Source: Acanthaster planci (taxonomy: Eukaryota). Taken from it: a DNA stretch of 63,655 bases. Location of the stretch: positions 554,137-617,791 of the forward strand of contig NW_019091360.1 in the NCBI RefSeq assembly GCF_001949145.1, given 5' to 3'. This document shows, in pieces, positions 46,701 through 61,700 of the stretch. Each line of letters begins with the position of its first letter. Position 1 is the stretch's first letter. The position numbers and the translations under genes were made by a program. The notes under the pieces were generated by a model that searched no databases, was not told the DNA's origin, and saw nothing but the letters and a program-made list of their open reading frames with translations.

Positions 46701-49700
46701 CATTGAAAAATGCCCCGGCATGAAGTGGTTAAACCTGTGTGTACGTGTATGCACATGGTAGTTCCCAGCAAAGGACTGTGTTACCATGTGAAAGCATGCC
46801 CTCTATTGTACCCGCTCAGAGCATGTGAGGGAATATAGGTCTATGTATGCTCTTTCTTTAAGAACAGCCTGTCCTTGCAGTGACAATATAGAGTATGATG
46901 CCACCTTACATCTACAGTTGAAAGTAAAAGGAAGTAGATGCATCGCGACTGTGGACACATTGTAACATTTGAGTTTTGCACAATAAGTTTTACATACACT
47001 ACCCAAAACATAAAGTGCTAGGGAATGGAAATTAAATTGAGATAACTGCACAATTAGAATTAACTGTGATAAATTTTGATCGGATACTGCCTTACATTGA
47101 TCGCATTATTAACACGCAAAGTGGCAATGTAAAAAGTTTATTACATAGTCACTGTTGATTAGCTAAACGTGGCGCTAATGTGTTGCACAGTCTTCCAAAC
47201 AATGCAGCTATCAAGGGCACCATTGGTTTCTTATAACCAAAAAATTTATCTGGCAACATCTTACAATTTTACAAACACTCTTGCACCTGCCCATTTCTAA
47301 AGGTACAAACTACAGCAGAAAAGAGTGCAAGTAATGTAAACCATACCAAACAAGGGGTAGATATAAGAAAAATTTCTTGAAAAAGGCTGCTTACTTGCAT
47401 TATGCTGCTTGTACTCCAACTGAACGAAAAAATAAATCAGTATTCCTTGTACTATAAACAAATTCATGTTTTTGGAAGCACAGAGGCAACATAGATGTCG
47501 GGAATAGTTTGTACAGTAAAATGAACCAAAGACGTACTTTGTGCTGAAATTAAAGAATAAACTCTGACAGTGCAAATACAGTTAATCTTGGTAAGTTAAA
47601 TTTCACAGGAGATAAAGATAAATTTAAGTAATTCCAAATTTGAGTGGCATTACTGTTGCAGGCTCTTTCACAATCAGGTCCTGCGAGTACAGCAATGGTT
47701 TAAGTGTGGGTCATTGATTCTTATTGCTTCATTTTATTGACATACTGTTTGAGAACACACATGAAATGCACACAAAGGACTCATAGTTACATATGATTCC
47801 AAACTAAGTCACTTCAATATTTTTGATATCGCAGTGATTTCACTCTACTGGCGTCTGCAGAGATGCATTCTTGGTTGGCTTCATGTAAAGATATTGTCAA
47901 AGTCTTACACTCCTGTCATTAGGTTTCCTGTGTTGTTTTTTCCCCCAGTTAACCTGTTTGTTTTTGCAGAACCATTTTCATATACAGGACAATCAAAGCT
48001 GAATTAGGAAACAATTGTTTTTCTTACAGTGGACTGTAAATGGTCAAATTCGTGTTGGCTTTTTCACGAAGAAGTTTATTGCTGCTGGAACAGAGTTAAC
48101 ATTTGACTACCAGTTTGAGCAGTACGGGTAAGCACAAAATGTATTCCTGCAATCACAGTCAGTCTTACTTTTAGCAAACGCTTATTTTCAATTTTTTGAT
48201 TATTGTTAATATTGGTGTAAAGGGTTGAAGGACTTTTGTACATGTCTAAGGACATTTCATGATTGTGCACTATTTTGTTACAGAGTACTGGGATTTTAAG
48301 ATGTTTCTATTAAATATTCATTGGGAAGTGATCGGTGTATTTATTTAGCATAATTGTATTATTAAAGTAGCCTACAAATTTTCTGAGTTCAACTGAGTCA
48401 GATTTCACCTTTGAGAAGATGGAAACACCTGACAACATTTGATAAGCATGTGCCAACCACAATGTTGATAGCCCTGTTTATGTACAGATAATGCATATTT
48501 TTGCAGACTAATGATTTCTTTGAGGGAGATTGATGGGTGTTTGTTTCTGTAAACAGCAATGGGCAGTCTGAAATAATAATAGTTTAAATCACTCACTTCC
48601 ACTTGAACATTGTTGAATCTTTTTTGAAGGAACATATGAAAACTTCAGACCCCAAGTTAATAATTTTTCTGTTAGTAGTAATGATATTGACAAGCCTAAT
48701 AGTATTTAAGATTTTGAGTTTTTGTCTTTTGACCAAAGTGGTCTAAAGAGGGTACTTTTTGAAATGACTGCTGTTTGTTCCACCTTTGTATATAGTGAGC
48801 ATGCACAGAAGTGTCTGTGTGGTTCGACAAATTGCCGTGGCTTTATTGGAAAGCAGAAAAGAACATCAAAAGCAACGGGCAAGGATGCAACACCTAAGAG
48901 AAAAGAAAATTTGGATCGCAGACGCAAGGAGAGCTTTGAAGATGCTTCTGTAAGTTGCTTGTGTCTCTGTAGATTTTGACTATTCAAAGAAATTTTGTAA
49001 ATATCTCGAGTATCCGTGTAGAGATGGCCATGTGTTGAAGAAGTGAACTTAGAGTCATGCATGGATGTATGCACTTGAGACCTTGACTGCCGGCTGAGAG
49101 TATACTCGTAATCACAGCTGTACCGGATTCTGCAACTATGAGTATACTTGTAGGAAATGAAAGGCTACTGAAATGTAAATTGAATACACTGGCATGGAGG
49201 AAGAACACAACAAATACACTGGTGGAAGTGTGGATGTTGCACATCTGTAATATGCTCATGTTCAAATACACACTTGAAAGGCACTTGTTAAATATACGCA
49301 CATGCCTACAACGCTCGGCAAATGGGAACACCCCTTTTTACAGTACATTGCGATTGAAAGTTAACACCAAAATGGGAAAATCTTTTCACACTTTTTGTCT
49401 TCCAAGGGAATGTACAATTTAAGCAGTTGAATTTATTTGTCGGTAGAAAGAAACCTTTCGGTTACAAAATACTACATGTAGTATCTCAGTATTTATTATT
49501 TTTTGCATGCCAAACTACACCACAAGAATAAATAAAAAGTGGGCAAGTAACCCATGTCGCCACAGCAGAGCAAGTTAAGTTTGTTGTAATACACATATTT
49601 CATGTACTTCGTGACTTCATGCCTCCGGGATTCCCGTTTAATTACTCAAATCCAGACAACTTTTTAAAAATGTATTCTCCGACATTGAAAAGTGTTTATT

Positions 49701-52700
49701 GATGGTAATCCAAGAAAACAACTGTGCCACAATGTCCATTTTATGATATTTTCCTTGTACAAGTTGTCCAAAAGAATCTCCTCATATTGACTAGGTGCAC
49801 GCGTGGTGAGGCGCGTGCACACAGACTCTTGACCAATCAGAATCAATTAAACTGTCCTGTATCCAGGTGCCAGGGTGTGATTTATGCAGCAGTCATTATC
49901 ACTTCTCAGCGGGCATTATCAAATTTGAATACACAGTCAGGTTGCACGTTGTTGAATAGAGAGACTGTCTTAGGTATTTATGAATTGTGCTTCGTCCTTA
50001 AACAGTTGGCAAGATGCTGATACTTGCATGAATTTAGTGGTTTTCTTGTATTACTTGGTTTGCTTTTGTTTTAGGCCAAGATGTTTTAAAGTCAGCATTT
50101 CCATTTACATGTTTTCTGGAATTTCTGTTTTCCATTTCCTCATTGATAAAGCTCTTCAGAATAGCCATATCACCATATCCACATGGACAGTATGTTGTAG
50201 ATGATGACTCTGTTTTTTTTCCCTTCCTTGAGATGAAACTCTGCTTGAAGTATGCAAGGTATTTTGCTTTAGCTAAAACCTGTTTGCTGTGTCTATTGTA
50301 GCTGGATGATGAGATTGAGCAGCTTTGTTCTGAGCTTGATGGAGGAGGCTTGAGGACCAACGATCAAACATTAACACTTGCTCGACACATGGTGCTGGCT
50401 GAAACAACACCACTTAGACTACAACTTCTTAAGATCTTAGAGGTGATGTCATTTGGTCTCACTGGCACTTGTTAGACCTAACTTTACAGATGCAATGTTT
50501 TAGTAATGACTTGCATTATATTTCTCAGTGTACAAAATTGGCTGCTTCCAGCATATTTGAACTGGGGTAATGCTATGCTATTAAAATTTTGTATCACCAT
50601 TATCATTTCATATTTCTGGCAATGAAACCACAGATTCCTCAAAAGATCTATAGGTATTGTAGCTCACAAGTCTGAAGAAACCTGTAGAGAGGTAACAGTG
50701 AGAAGCAGTTTCAGTTTTAGAGGTGGGAGGAAAACCCCAGAGGAATATTCTGGGTACAATTCATGGAATCAGACAGGAACTGAAAACCCAATCCAAGTGT
50801 TGACCAAGCTGGAAAGCAAACTTGGGCTGCAGAGGTGGAAGGCGAGGGAAAAAAAACCACTACGTCAACCCAACCTGACATGTAGCTTACATTTCAGAGA
50901 GGTTAACATGCTCTAGGTTACTTAATGTCCAGATTTCTAGAGACCAAACTTATAGAAAGTGATGCTAGTAAGACCTTACTTCCTCCTGTGTTTCTCCAGG
51001 CTGCAGGCACTTCATTTGAAAATGGCGAAACTCACAGAGCATTATTATTTTCATGTAGGACACGACAGATGAGACATGCTTGAAACATTTCCTGACCCAT
51101 CATGGATTGAAGCTTTTATGGAGTTGGATGGTAGACATCGGTGATAAACCTGAGCCCGAGTTGAAAATGGAGGTATTGTGATTGTTATTGTATTGTATAG
51201 TAATTTTTACCAGTGATCACATGCACGCACATTTGAGTGATTCGGTGTGGAACACAAGTCATCCGATTTTCAATGTTCCCTCTGAAAGTTTTTTTAGAAT
51301 GGTAAAAGAGTGGCTATTTGTTGTTTGAATAAGCTTACACTTGTTGGGACTTGATGGAATAAACTATAGCTAAAGTAAGTTCATGGTATATCCATGCTTG
51401 TGAAATGTGTGAAATTTTTTTTTAAATATAAAAAAAGGTTTTGCAGATTTATAATCTTTGTCCTTAAATTGTGTGCCAATATCACATGAACATTTCCCAT
51501 TTCAATAAAATTAGGTACATAATCAATCAGTCATGTTTTACAGTGGGGTTTAAAGACTCTGGAGAATTCAATAAGCATGTAATGAACAACCCTAAACATA
51601 TAACCTGTGGTCGGCATCTTCTATAAGTCATTGGAATCCATTCCGAGTAGAATCATTGTTCCAGGATAGACTTGGAATTGATTTTGAAAATACAGGATTC
51701 GTCCAACACTAATGACCATAGTTTGGTCATAACAGATTAGGACATTGTGAATATTTTTTTTGTGTAAAATTCAGAAACCTTTCCTTGTCAATTGTCAGTC
51801 ATGTTCTAAACATTCGTGAACCTCCTTTTTTCCGTCTGGCTTAAATGGCATGCAATTCATGCAGTTTGTCACTTCACAAATGTAAATCTGTACTTTCTGT
51901 TGTGTGCTTGATTGATTTTGTGTTGTTTTGTTTTTGAAACACCGTTTGGTTTTGTGTTATTTTGTTTTGAAACTCTGTTTGGTTTTGTGTTGTTTTGTTT
52001 CTGAAACACTGTTTGGTTTTGTGTTGTTTTCTTTTGAAACACCGTTTGGTTTTGTGTTGTTTTTGTCTCTGAAACTCCATTTGGTTTTGTGTTGTTTTGT
52101 TTCTGAAACACCGTTTGGTTTTGTGTTGTTTTGATTCTGAAACCATGTTTGGTTTTTGTGTTGTTTCGTTTCTGAAAAACCGTTTGGTTTTGTGTTATTT
52201 TGTTTCTGAAACACCATTTGGTTTTGTGTTGTTTTGATTCTGAAACCCTGTTTGGTTTTTGTGTTGTTTTGTTTCTGAAATACCGTTTGGTTTTGTGTTA
52301 TTTTGTTTCTGAAACATTGTTTGGTTTTGTGTTGTTTTGTTTCTGAAACACCGTTTTGTGTTGTTTTGTTTTGAAACACTGTTTGGTTTTGTGTTTTATT
52401 TCTGAAACTTTGTTTGGTTTTGTTTCTGAAATACCGTTTGGTTTTGTGTTGTTTTGTTTCTGAAACACCGTTTTGTGTTGTTTTGTTTCTGAAACACCGT
52501 TTAGTTTTGTGTTGTTTTTGTCTCTGAAACACCATTTAGTTTTGTTTTGTTTCGTTTGAAACACCATTTGGTTTTGTGTTGTTTTGTTTTGAAATACCGT
52601 TTGGTTTTGTGTTGTTTTTGTCTCTGAAACACCGTTTAGTTTTGTGTTGTTTTGTTTGAAACACCATTTGGTTTTGTGTTGTTTTGTTTCTGAAGCACCG

Positions 52701-55700
52701 TAACTTTAATATTTCCTATATTTAACAGTTACCAAATAAGTATAGTTTGTATTCTATTGATCATATTTTGTGTATATTCGTCAGATTCTCCACACCCTCA
52801 TGAAGTTACCCATACCTCACAAGAATGCATTAGAGGATAGCAAGATCTTCTCCATGGTTGAAAGGTGGTCAAAAGCTAGACATGCCTCTAAAGCAGAAAC
52901 TGAGGTAGAAGATTCAAGTGCAAGTGAAACTCTCTCTCGTTGTGCTACACCTGTCTCCCTCACAATTGCCAGTCGCAACACACCCACTGACATGGTGAAA
53001 CTAACAGACAGTCTGAATTCAGAGAGTGACGGTGATTTGGACAAAGCTCCTTTGAAACAGCCAGTCATGGTTGAGATGCCCGAGAATGCTTCGGCATTTC
53101 CCATACAGTGTGAGAAGATTGAAACAGTAGCTTATGAGATTGATCAGAAAACTGAAGTTGATAGCAGTACTTCTATTGTTGAGGGAATGGATTCATCACA
53201 AAGTGTCCTTAAATCACCAGTGTGTTCGGAGTCTTCTAGTGTGACACAGTCTGAAATTGTGAGCCAGTCAGTTGAGTCTGTTAAGATAAAAGCAACAGTT
53301 GAGGTTGAAGCCATGAAGCACTGTAGTGTTACAACAGATGAGTCTCAAATGCCAGCAACCATGACCTCAGAAACACAATCAGACTCACTTGTCACCTCAG
53401 TATCTAACCCTGAATCTGATACAGTCACCAATACCAAGAGCTCTTCCCCAGAAGGCAGCAGTGCATCACAGATTGTTGGTGACTGTGGAACATTGACTGA
53501 AACAAAAAATACCTCATTAGAACCACCAACCGAGCCAACTAATCTAGAAGAAGGAGAGCTGCCTTGTGAACAGACTGAGCTGAAATCAGAAGATAAGGAC
53601 AAGAGACAAGCCAGCTGCAAGCAGGATATTGGATCTGATTCTGATTTAGCTGATGCTGGAACAAAAGTTGATAAAACAGCAGGAATTGCTTCAGTAGCTG
53701 GAAAATTGTTGGAAGCATGGAGGTCTTTAAAGGTTTGTTATTTTCAGTTTAAAATATGCACATGCCATGGATAATGAATGTAACCACATGCCATCGTTTG
53801 TTCCACTTTACCATCCTTTATGTTGGGTTGTGGGTATGGTTTGCTTGATGCGGTGCAAAGTTCATCAAGCAGGGTGGTTTAAATGTCAATATTTGTAACA
53901 CATGCTAACTTGCCGCAACTAAAACTTTCAAAAGATACAGTGCTTTGTTATCTCCATATGCTGCAAGACACATGTACAATGATTTGCTTTACACGTGGTG
54001 TGGGGCACTGTCCTCATATTCGCAGCATCCTTCAAAATAGATGTATGCTTAAATCCTGTCTGAAGAACTGACTTCAGTTTGTTTCCCACACAACGTCACC
54101 AGTCAAAGTAGGAAACCAGCGTCAAAATGGTTTCATAAGCGTGCACATGTAGCATATATCCAAGATGTCATCTAGGAATAATAAACAGACCTTAAGTGCA
54201 GCAGTGTCTCAATGTGTTCAAGCCTTACATGTACTTGTGATCTGATCATCGGCTGTGTTTTGGACTTCCAGTAGGCCAAAGTTCGTTTTGTTGTCCATGT
54301 ATTTGTAGTAGTTGGTCGTTGATATGACGTTTAGTTTCACATTTTTGTCAGTCCTCTCAACTGTATTGTGATAGAGACCTATAGTATATCTGGATGTCAG
54401 TTGCTTCTTGCTACTAAGTGGTGCACCTTGCTGGTTTCACCCAATACCTGTCTTTTGGAGATCAAGGCAGACATTTGGGAATGAATTAAGTTGTCAAAAA
54501 GTGTATTGGGCTCAATTTGTCATTTGCTTTTGATCGGTAACACTGAATAACAGCAATGTAAGAAAACTAGTGACCATTCTGAAGTTTCATTTGATGAACA
54601 ACGGTGCTTTGGAAATGATCCATCACCCCATTTGGAGTCAAAGCTTTATAATATCACTGACTGCACAGATCAGTACTGATTAGATTATTCGGTTATTGCC
54701 CTCTTTAAATGCAACATTTTGGGTTGAGGAAAAAGCTGATAAAAATAATCAGAGGTTCAGGAATCATGATGCATGTAACATCAGCAATGCACCAATGCAG
54801 TAGTTGCCATGAACAAAAAGGCCCATGCACCACTGCATCATGTGTGCACATGATGGATGATTTGTGTTGCTACATAGAGGTGAATTTTGGGTGAGCTTTG
54901 TTTGGAGTTGGAAATTATTTTAACTTCATATCAATATAAATTTGCTTTTAAGAATTTGACTATTCAGATTTTGAAATATGCAGTTGCTCCCAACACTCAT
55001 GAACATGCTCAAAATAAATTGTAAAGCTTTTCTTTTTACTTTGTTTTTTGTTCTGTGATTGGTTAGTAGGTCATTCGGTCAGTGTTTGGTTTGTTGTTTT
55101 ATTTACATGTTTGTTATTTAAAAAATATTTGAGCTGGCAAAATTGAAATATGAAAAACTTCAAAAAACAATAGTGGGTTGTCAGTAAAGTGGCTTTAAGA
55201 TCGTGCTGACCATCGAAAAGTTGATGAGTATTTAAATTTTATATTGCCAGGAAATCTACAGGATACCTAAAAACAGAGATCGTGAGCGGGATCGAGATTA
55301 CACCGAGAGAGATCGGGATAGAGACCGTGATAGAGGGCATGATAGAGACAGGCGATATGGCCGGGATAGGGAGTATGATAGAGATTATGATAGAGACAGA
55401 GACAGGGACAGAGACAGACATCGTGATAGAGAGAGCAGAAGGGCACGTAGTCGGGAACGTGACAGGTACCATGATAGGGATAGAAAGCGAAGCTGGGACA
55501 GGAGAGAAGACAGGAAGAGGCGTAGTCGATCAGCCAGCAAAGACAGAGAAGACAAGCAGCCTGCCCAAACTACAGAGAAAAAGGATGCAGACACATCAAA
55601 AGGAACACTTCCAAAGCTGAGAAAGCCCTGGAAGATTGAAGCAGCAACCAAAACTGAAGGATCACAAGGGAAACAGGCCAAGACTGACAGGCCTGGGCTT

Positions 55701-58700
55701 TCTAAAGAGGAAAGGAGGCAACGCTTTGCGAAACAGGTGGAGCAAGCAGATATGGAGGAAGAATTGCGCAAACGACAGGAAGAGGAATTTTTGAGGCAGC
55801 ATCCACATTTTATAGATGAAGATGGACAAATTCATTTTGTGGATGCAAATGGCTTTCCAATTGCACCTCCATTTGATGGAGAATCAAATCATCCCATGAT
55901 GCATATGATGCACCTTAACCAGGGAGTTCCCATGGAACATACTACTGTACCTCCAGATGGGGTTTTCCCACACCAAATGAACCAAAATCATCCTGGTTAT
56001 CATGACATGATTCCACACCCTCAAGAGATGGTACCAGTAGATGAGAATGGAATGCCCATACCAGTGCATGGACAACCAGCATTTGAGAACTCACAACCTG
56101 ATATGGGACTACCACAGGATGCACTCATGCATCACCCACATGGATTGGAGGGGCCACCACACGTTGTACCTGCTGAGGGAATGCATGTTATAGCAGACCA
56201 AGACCTTCAGGTAGTAAACTCAACTATGTTTTAAACTAAGGAATCGGCACGTTTTTAAAATTCCTTTTTATAATTTCATAATTCTGTGAAAGTTAATTAC
56301 CAATTGTCGTACCACAAGGTGAAAATCGGACTTTTTTCAACTAATACAGGACATTATTTTGACTCGTATAAACTGGCTGTAGTTAACATTTACCCAGCAT
56401 TATAAAAGAATATAAAAATATATTAAACATCCATATGTGCGCCTTTTATTACATCACAAAAGCCAGAGCAGCAGACTTTAAGTTTGATGGATTTTTTTAG
56501 CAGGGTTGGGAGCCTACCCCACCTCAAGGCCATCACCCTCAGACAGTACTACCACAGTCTCAGTTCAGGGTACCTGCTCCACCAGGCCCCAATCCAAACC
56601 ATATACCTGTAGTTTCTGGCGTACCTCATCCTAATTACACGGTACCTCAGCAACCCCAGTCCCAACTGCATCAGGTACAGTCAGCAGCACTTCCAGCACA
56701 GCCACATGTTATTCAGCAACAGGTAGTACAGCCACAGGTGGGTTTTGCTGCAGTGCATACTTGTTACAGCATTCCTGTTGGGACCAAACTGAATTGAGCA
56801 TAACCACACAGTGTACATGTACAGGTATCAAGTCCTGTAAAAAGTGGAAAGGTTACACCTGCCTCAGTCCCATTAAATTCTCCCAAGCCGCCTGGTAAAT
56901 TTGGAGGGAATCTAGGAGAACTAGGAGTACTCTCTACTGTACTACAAGAGAATGCATTTTTATGGACAAAATCAGATTAGGTTCATTGTTAACTTGTATT
57001 CAGTGATCTTTTTGTATACAGAGCCGTCATTAATTGCCGTCACACAGGTTGAAGCAAAACCTTTGCTCCCTGAAGTATTGTAAATGAGAATGCTGTCATC
57101 AGATGCATTGTTGAATTCTTTTACTAAATTCAAGTACATTGTTATGTTAGGTAAAAATTACGAATAATCTACACATTTGTATTCATGTAATACAATTTTA
57201 ATCACATATACTGCCACCTGGTGATATCTGCGTGAAGAATTGGTTGTGTTTGCTTAAACTTTGTTACAGCCTAAGCCCACTGCTCCAGCACAGACAGTGA
57301 CCTTTGTGACCCCTGATGGAATGCTCGTCACACAGACCATTATGCCACTTAACACGGAAAGCAATGTCCAGACAAATATCCATCAGGTTTGTAGTTTGAC
57401 TTTAAAACAAGGACGCAAAATGTTGAATGTTTTTGTAGCAGTGATAACGGCTTTTATGATAGCCATTTTTCTACAGTTCTGTTATGGTCACAAGCAGTAG
57501 TTGAGTTAGGTCAGTGCTTCACATTGCAGTGGCAGCTCTCAAAAACCATTCAAATCATCAATTTGGTAGATTGTATTCATTCTGTGGCATTGTTGAACAG
57601 AAAAAACACACAAATGTTCTCGGGAGGAACCTGTCAATGTAAGTTCTTGTATCTAGACCCACTTGTTCGGAAACAGTGCAACAATGTAAACTTCTTCATC
57701 GTAGTAATGTATTTTTCACAATCTGAATCTCCTCACGATGTTGACCTGAATATTACTTTGTGGTAGGAAAATGCTTCTTTAGATATACTGCATATCAGAC
57801 TAACATAGAAACCCAAAAGATGAAATGTTTGGGTTTCAACAATGTTATCGAGAGTTATGGGTAATAATATTTTTTTTCTTAATCCATAGGCACAGCAAAT
57901 TCAGCAGCAGTTGAACCAAGGCATTCCATCACCACCCTCCAAGCCAAAGACACAGCAGCTGCCCCCTAATTGGAGAACGGCTAGAGACCAAGAAGGCAAG
58001 ATCTACTACTATCATGCTATCACAAGGTGTGTTTACCTGACGCTTCTGTACATTGATTCCTATGATGTTGCTTGTGAGCTTTATGATTTGATAGAGTACA
58101 ACTGAAATCCCAGTCATCTGATTGATGGATTGTTGAAAACATTTCATTAAATACTGTGATTTTCAGAATATAGGCTAGGCAGAGTATAAAGCTGCAACAT
58201 GCCAAAATTTGCAAATTAAGATGTAAAGTCGTCATGTTAGCCACACCGGCACAGAAGCCGCTCTGGGACACTGACAATTTCTAGCCACGTAAGGCACCTT
58301 TGCAAAAAGCAGGAACAGTGGTTTGACCGTGTTGGCTGCTATTTTTCCAAGCCTTGGCAACCAGCCCTCGGCTATAAACAAAAGGCCTTATTATGGAAAT
58401 TATGGAGAACGCAATGGTCACAGTGAGTGTGTGGTGAAAGCTTTCGGCTCAACACAGGAAATAACTTACGTTATTGCCGCAGTAATGCAGCATTTACATT
58501 CCAGAGATGTGTTATTTTTGAGAAGGCTACTATGTCAGCCGAAATGCTGGCTTTTTTTGTGCACAAAATTTTCCCCCATTGGTTTGTCATTTTGGTCTTG
58601 TCTTATTGCATAAAATGAAATATTCATTTAGTTTTCACTGAACATACATTTTAGTTATTGATGTGTTAGACCTTTGGTGAAATTATTTTAATGCCACATA

Positions 58701-61700
58701 CCTGTAATTAAAATTCATCAATAAAAAAAAATATTTGATGTGGTTTATAAACATGACTGAGAAATCACTGCTTTTCAGTGATCTCAATAAGAGTGGGAAA
58801 TACCAAAACTGTGGAGTGATCAATGGCAGGGTATTAAAAGTGGTACCTAGGCCATAGGTGTATCGGTACATGTACGGGCCCACTGCTATGATACTTGCAG
58901 AGCGGACTGACAACAGTCACCAAGGTCCATAGCATTGGCATGGGTTAACGGCTCCAATACTAATACTAATTTCTATGTAATTTTTAGAAAGCTTTTATGT
59001 AGGATATTTTTTAGAATACTGAAAACGCATCCAGGCCTGAGCAGTACAAGAATACATGTACATGCAGAGGCATGAAAAATGCTTGATGCTGTATGAGATC
59101 AACATTCAATGATCCAATGGCAACATTTGTTAAGTGCTACATGTCGCCATTTAGCCAATAAGAAAAGTTATGTACTATATCATTGGATTGTATGTTGAGA
59201 TATGTTGACAAAGTGCATCGATTTCTGCTGAGCTCATTAGCATGAAAAGTTTTTTTTTTTTAAAAATAACATATTATTTGGCAGAAAAATGGTGGGGTTG
59301 TGTAGATGCAGACATATTAACTCCCTGGTTTCAAAAGCATTCATCTGAGAGTAGGCTGATAAAATTATGATCTGAAATATGGTCCTAAATGCTTGAGGAA
59401 GCAGAGGGATGTCATTTGAACAATGGCTATGAGTAAGGTTTGTGTGAATAACTAAAAATGTGATCGGCTACCCTACCAAAAATTAACCAAGAATGGAAAA
59501 ACGAAGGACAAGACAAAAATTTCGATTTTGTTCTAGAAACTTCAGTAATGTTGGCTTACATCTTACTGAACCCAGAATTTTGTTGATTTGACGTTGTTTT
59601 GGGGCTTGAATTAGTGCACTGCACCCATAAATTACACCTGCACAATCACTGCTCTAACACTGGTTCACCTTGCCAAAATACACCTGCACAATCACTGCTC
59701 TAACACTGGTTCACCTTGCCAAAATACACCTGCACAATCACTGCTCTAACACTGGTTCACCTTGCCAAAATACACCTGCACAATCACTGCTCTAACACTG
59801 GTTCACCCTGCCAAANNNNNNNNNNNNNNNNNNNNNNNNNNNNNNNNNNNNNNNNNNNNNNNNNNNNNNNNNNNNNNNNNNNNNNNNNNNNNNNNNNNNN
59901 NNNNNNNNNNNNNNNNNNNNNNNNNNNNNNNNNNNNNNNNNNNNNNNNNNNNNNNNNNNNNNNNNNNNNNNNNNNNNNNNNNNNNNNNNNNNNNNNNNNN
60001 NNNNNNNNNNNNNNNNNNNNNNNNNNNNNNNNNNNNNNNNNNNNNNNNNNNNNNNNNNNNNNNTTTCCAACAACGTTGAACAAGGAGCCTACATTCAGAC
60101 AGTGGCAACACGGAATCGACAGTAATGCGATATCGAAGCGTGCAGCTAGCTGTGGAAGTGTACAGCACTGTACATGTACATTATGGCCACCGCAAGCTAG
60201 CACGACGGCCACTACATGTACAGTATACATGAACTATGCGTAAATAAGACCCAGCCCGATGTGATCTTGTGCAAATTTTCTTTTTCTTACTGTTCATAAA
60301 TATTTTCTTGTTGAAATAAAGTGGTCATTTGCCATAGAGTTACACACACCCAGAAGTGAACAGAAATTTCATGATGTCATTTGTCAACGCGCTGATCAGA
60401 CAGATACTAATGAATGTGTAATGCCTCACCATATTTGGATTACTCTGTTCCTGTGTGTGGTAGAATCGACTGCGCAGCAATTCATCGTGTGCGTGCACAT
60501 GTTTATGTTGCCATGTGCTGATCTGTTATATAAACAACGTTGGTCACCTTGAGCTCAATAACATTGAACTTTGACCATTACATCGAAGGCTAGAAAACAG
60601 TCATACAAGAGGAATACACGGAAAAGTGGCTGCATATTGTGCCGTCTAAAAAGGCTACTCATACTGTGAAGTTTGAAATTTGTGGTTGCGATTTCAGCAT
60701 TGCTCATGGAGGGTTAAAAGATATACAACTGCACATCGGCAGGATCAAGCATCGTCATGCTGCTTCTACCCATGAAGGCAGACTAGTATTGCCATGATGA
60801 TTAAACAGCAGGCAGATTTATCAGTCATAAGAGCAGAGACTTTGATGACTAACTTTTGCACAGATGCAAACAGGCTGCTTCAACATACAACAAAAATAAA
60901 CACTGAATCAGCAAGTGACCATTTGCTGTGGACAGTGATGTGAAATTTGATAGTGTTATGCCTCAATAGAAAATGACTGAAAGAAATAAACTTCCATTGA
61001 AATTTCATGAGACTGATGAGAACATTTATTATTACTACAAAACATTTTCTGTGGAGTGATCTGATTTCATTATTAATCAAATCCTAAATAGTTGATAAAA
61101 AATCTTGTCACATATTGCAATTCGTTTGATTTTTTTAAATAGGGCGCAACACTTGTTTTTCGTGTAATTGATTTTATAATGTCAGCTAACAGGAATGTGG
61201 CTTATATTTCCATGAGTGTAATGCAAGTCTATACTGTAATTTTTCTCACTTCTGGCTTCAATCAAATTCTGATTAGCCCAAAATTTGCCAGCAATTTAGG
61301 TTGTACCATTTTTTCACTGCATTTAAACACCCTTTTTGCATCACAAGAATTATTACTGATGCTTCAAAATTTTCTCTTTATATGAAAGAAACATTTTTAC
61401 TGGACTGGCGCCAAGAGGCAAGTGGTACTATCAAGTTTTTTGAAAATCTGATTTTTCTCTCCAAAATCTGAATTCTATAGGATATTCAGTCTGTTTTTTG
61501 GTGTCAAGAGGTTAGCATCTCTGTGTATAAGCCACCCAAAGTATAACCCACAGGGACATTTTTCAGCATGAGAAATAACGTATAAGTCTCGACCTACATT
61601 CTGAAAATCACTGTAACTCATTCTTTCAATCAATGACCACTTGTCATTTATCATTTTGCACATGGTAGAAATGGTTACTTCTCTTCATACAATGTCAGAA

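Noticed and set aside
51869..52567. K/Q/N/T-rich repetitive ORFs
   Set aside because: Translations of the intronic minisatellite.
55282..55771. Alternative-frame and antisense ORFs (IETETG..., SLSLSLS)
   Set aside because: Shadows of the RD-repeat SETD2 exon.
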